A stretch of DNA of 63,342 nucleotides, counting the filler, from Octopus bimaculoides (Eukaryota): assembly GCF_001194135.2 (NCBI RefSeq). It is 3 parts of 3 records of this genome, joined end to end, with 100 filler letters (N's around TTAATTAATTAA, not from the genome) between each part and the next. Parts side by side here need not be neighbours in the genome. Positions count along the whole stretch, not along the records: positions 56,203 to 63,342 come from NC_068985.1; 2 more parts are not named here. The stretch is one strand, 5' to 3'. The translations under genes were made by a program, and so were the position numbers. Every line of letters starts with the position of its first letter. The first letter of the stretch is position 1. Below are positions 62,690-63,342 of this stretch, one piece after another. The notes under the pieces are model-generated. The model was not told where the DNA came from. It saw only the letters and a list, made by a program, of their open reading frames with translations, and made no database searches.

Positions 62690-63140
62690 ACTGGAAAAAG
62701 ACCATTTTTGCATCAAATCATTATTTGCGATGAGAAATGGATACTCTTTGAGAACAGGACAGTGATTAGATGCAGGAGAGTCACCTAAATACTACCCAAA
62801 CCTACCATTGCACCCTAAAACGTTCGTGGTTACTGTAAAGTGGTCTGCGAAGGGAGTTATTCATTATTCATTTTTGCAACAAGGAAAAATGATATTGCCA
62901 GGAAATTGATTGTATGCATGAGAATTTGAAAAAGAAGTAACCCAAAAGTTACAATGCCTGAATAATGAGATTTTGCGGCATCCTCCCTATTCCCCTGGTA
63001 TTTTTCTTACTGAACATCACTTATTTAAGCTTTTTGAGCTCTTCATAAGCAATAAAACATTCTTAAATAGAGAAGAGGTAATTGAAGCATTCGAACAATT
63101 TATCACAGCAAAAGATGATTTTTTTTAGAAGATGGAATAT
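62690..63140 (+). mobile_element. Mariner transposase catalytic-domain fragment
   Basis: PFLHQIIICDEKWILFEN...LHPKTFVVTVKWSAKGVIHY...RHPPYSPGIFLTEHHLFK. Confidence 0.88.
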
Positions 63141-63342
63141 ATGACACACACACACACAGACATGTTTATAGTATAACTAACCGAAATTGCAATGATAATT
63201 TGAAATTCGACTGAGGAAAGAAAACTCCGAATGACCCGTCCTTGTTTTCTTTGTATTGTCTGTTTGGATGTTTTGTTGTTCCTTTTTTGTATCACCTACT
63301 ATCTGGATGCTTTGCGATCTTGTCCCATTTTTGTATTTCATA

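Overview
Eukaryotic, AT-rich, gap-rich, repeat-dominated DNA. The SINE and LINE repertoire looks like that of an octopus; this is my inference from repeat families, not a database match. I can support no complete protein-coding gene, no tRNA/rRNA gene and no CRISPR array. Almost all long ORFs in the track run through N gaps or microsatellites. Recognisable content: decayed R4/Dong and HERO-type (restriction-like endonuclease) retrotransposons; RTE and CR1-like LINE fragments; Penelope-like element (PLE) fragments; mariner and hAT transposase remnants; several MITEs; many copies of at least four SINE families. Two identical synthetic spacers (N44-TTAATTAATTAA-N44) split the window into three joined pieces. 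The most interesting signal is three copies of a 36-nt minimal hammerhead-ribozyme-like motif in a PLE-type repeat, all lacking the normally invariant A6. Other notable signals are a perfect 77-bp inverted repeat, a Merlin-like MITE filled with telomere-like repeats, a SINE with a swapped V-domain-like 3' half, and a CpG-depleted versus CpG-rich mosaic that, with a few splice and promoter signals, hints at a sparse minus-strand host gene. Boundaries of decayed elements are approximate.
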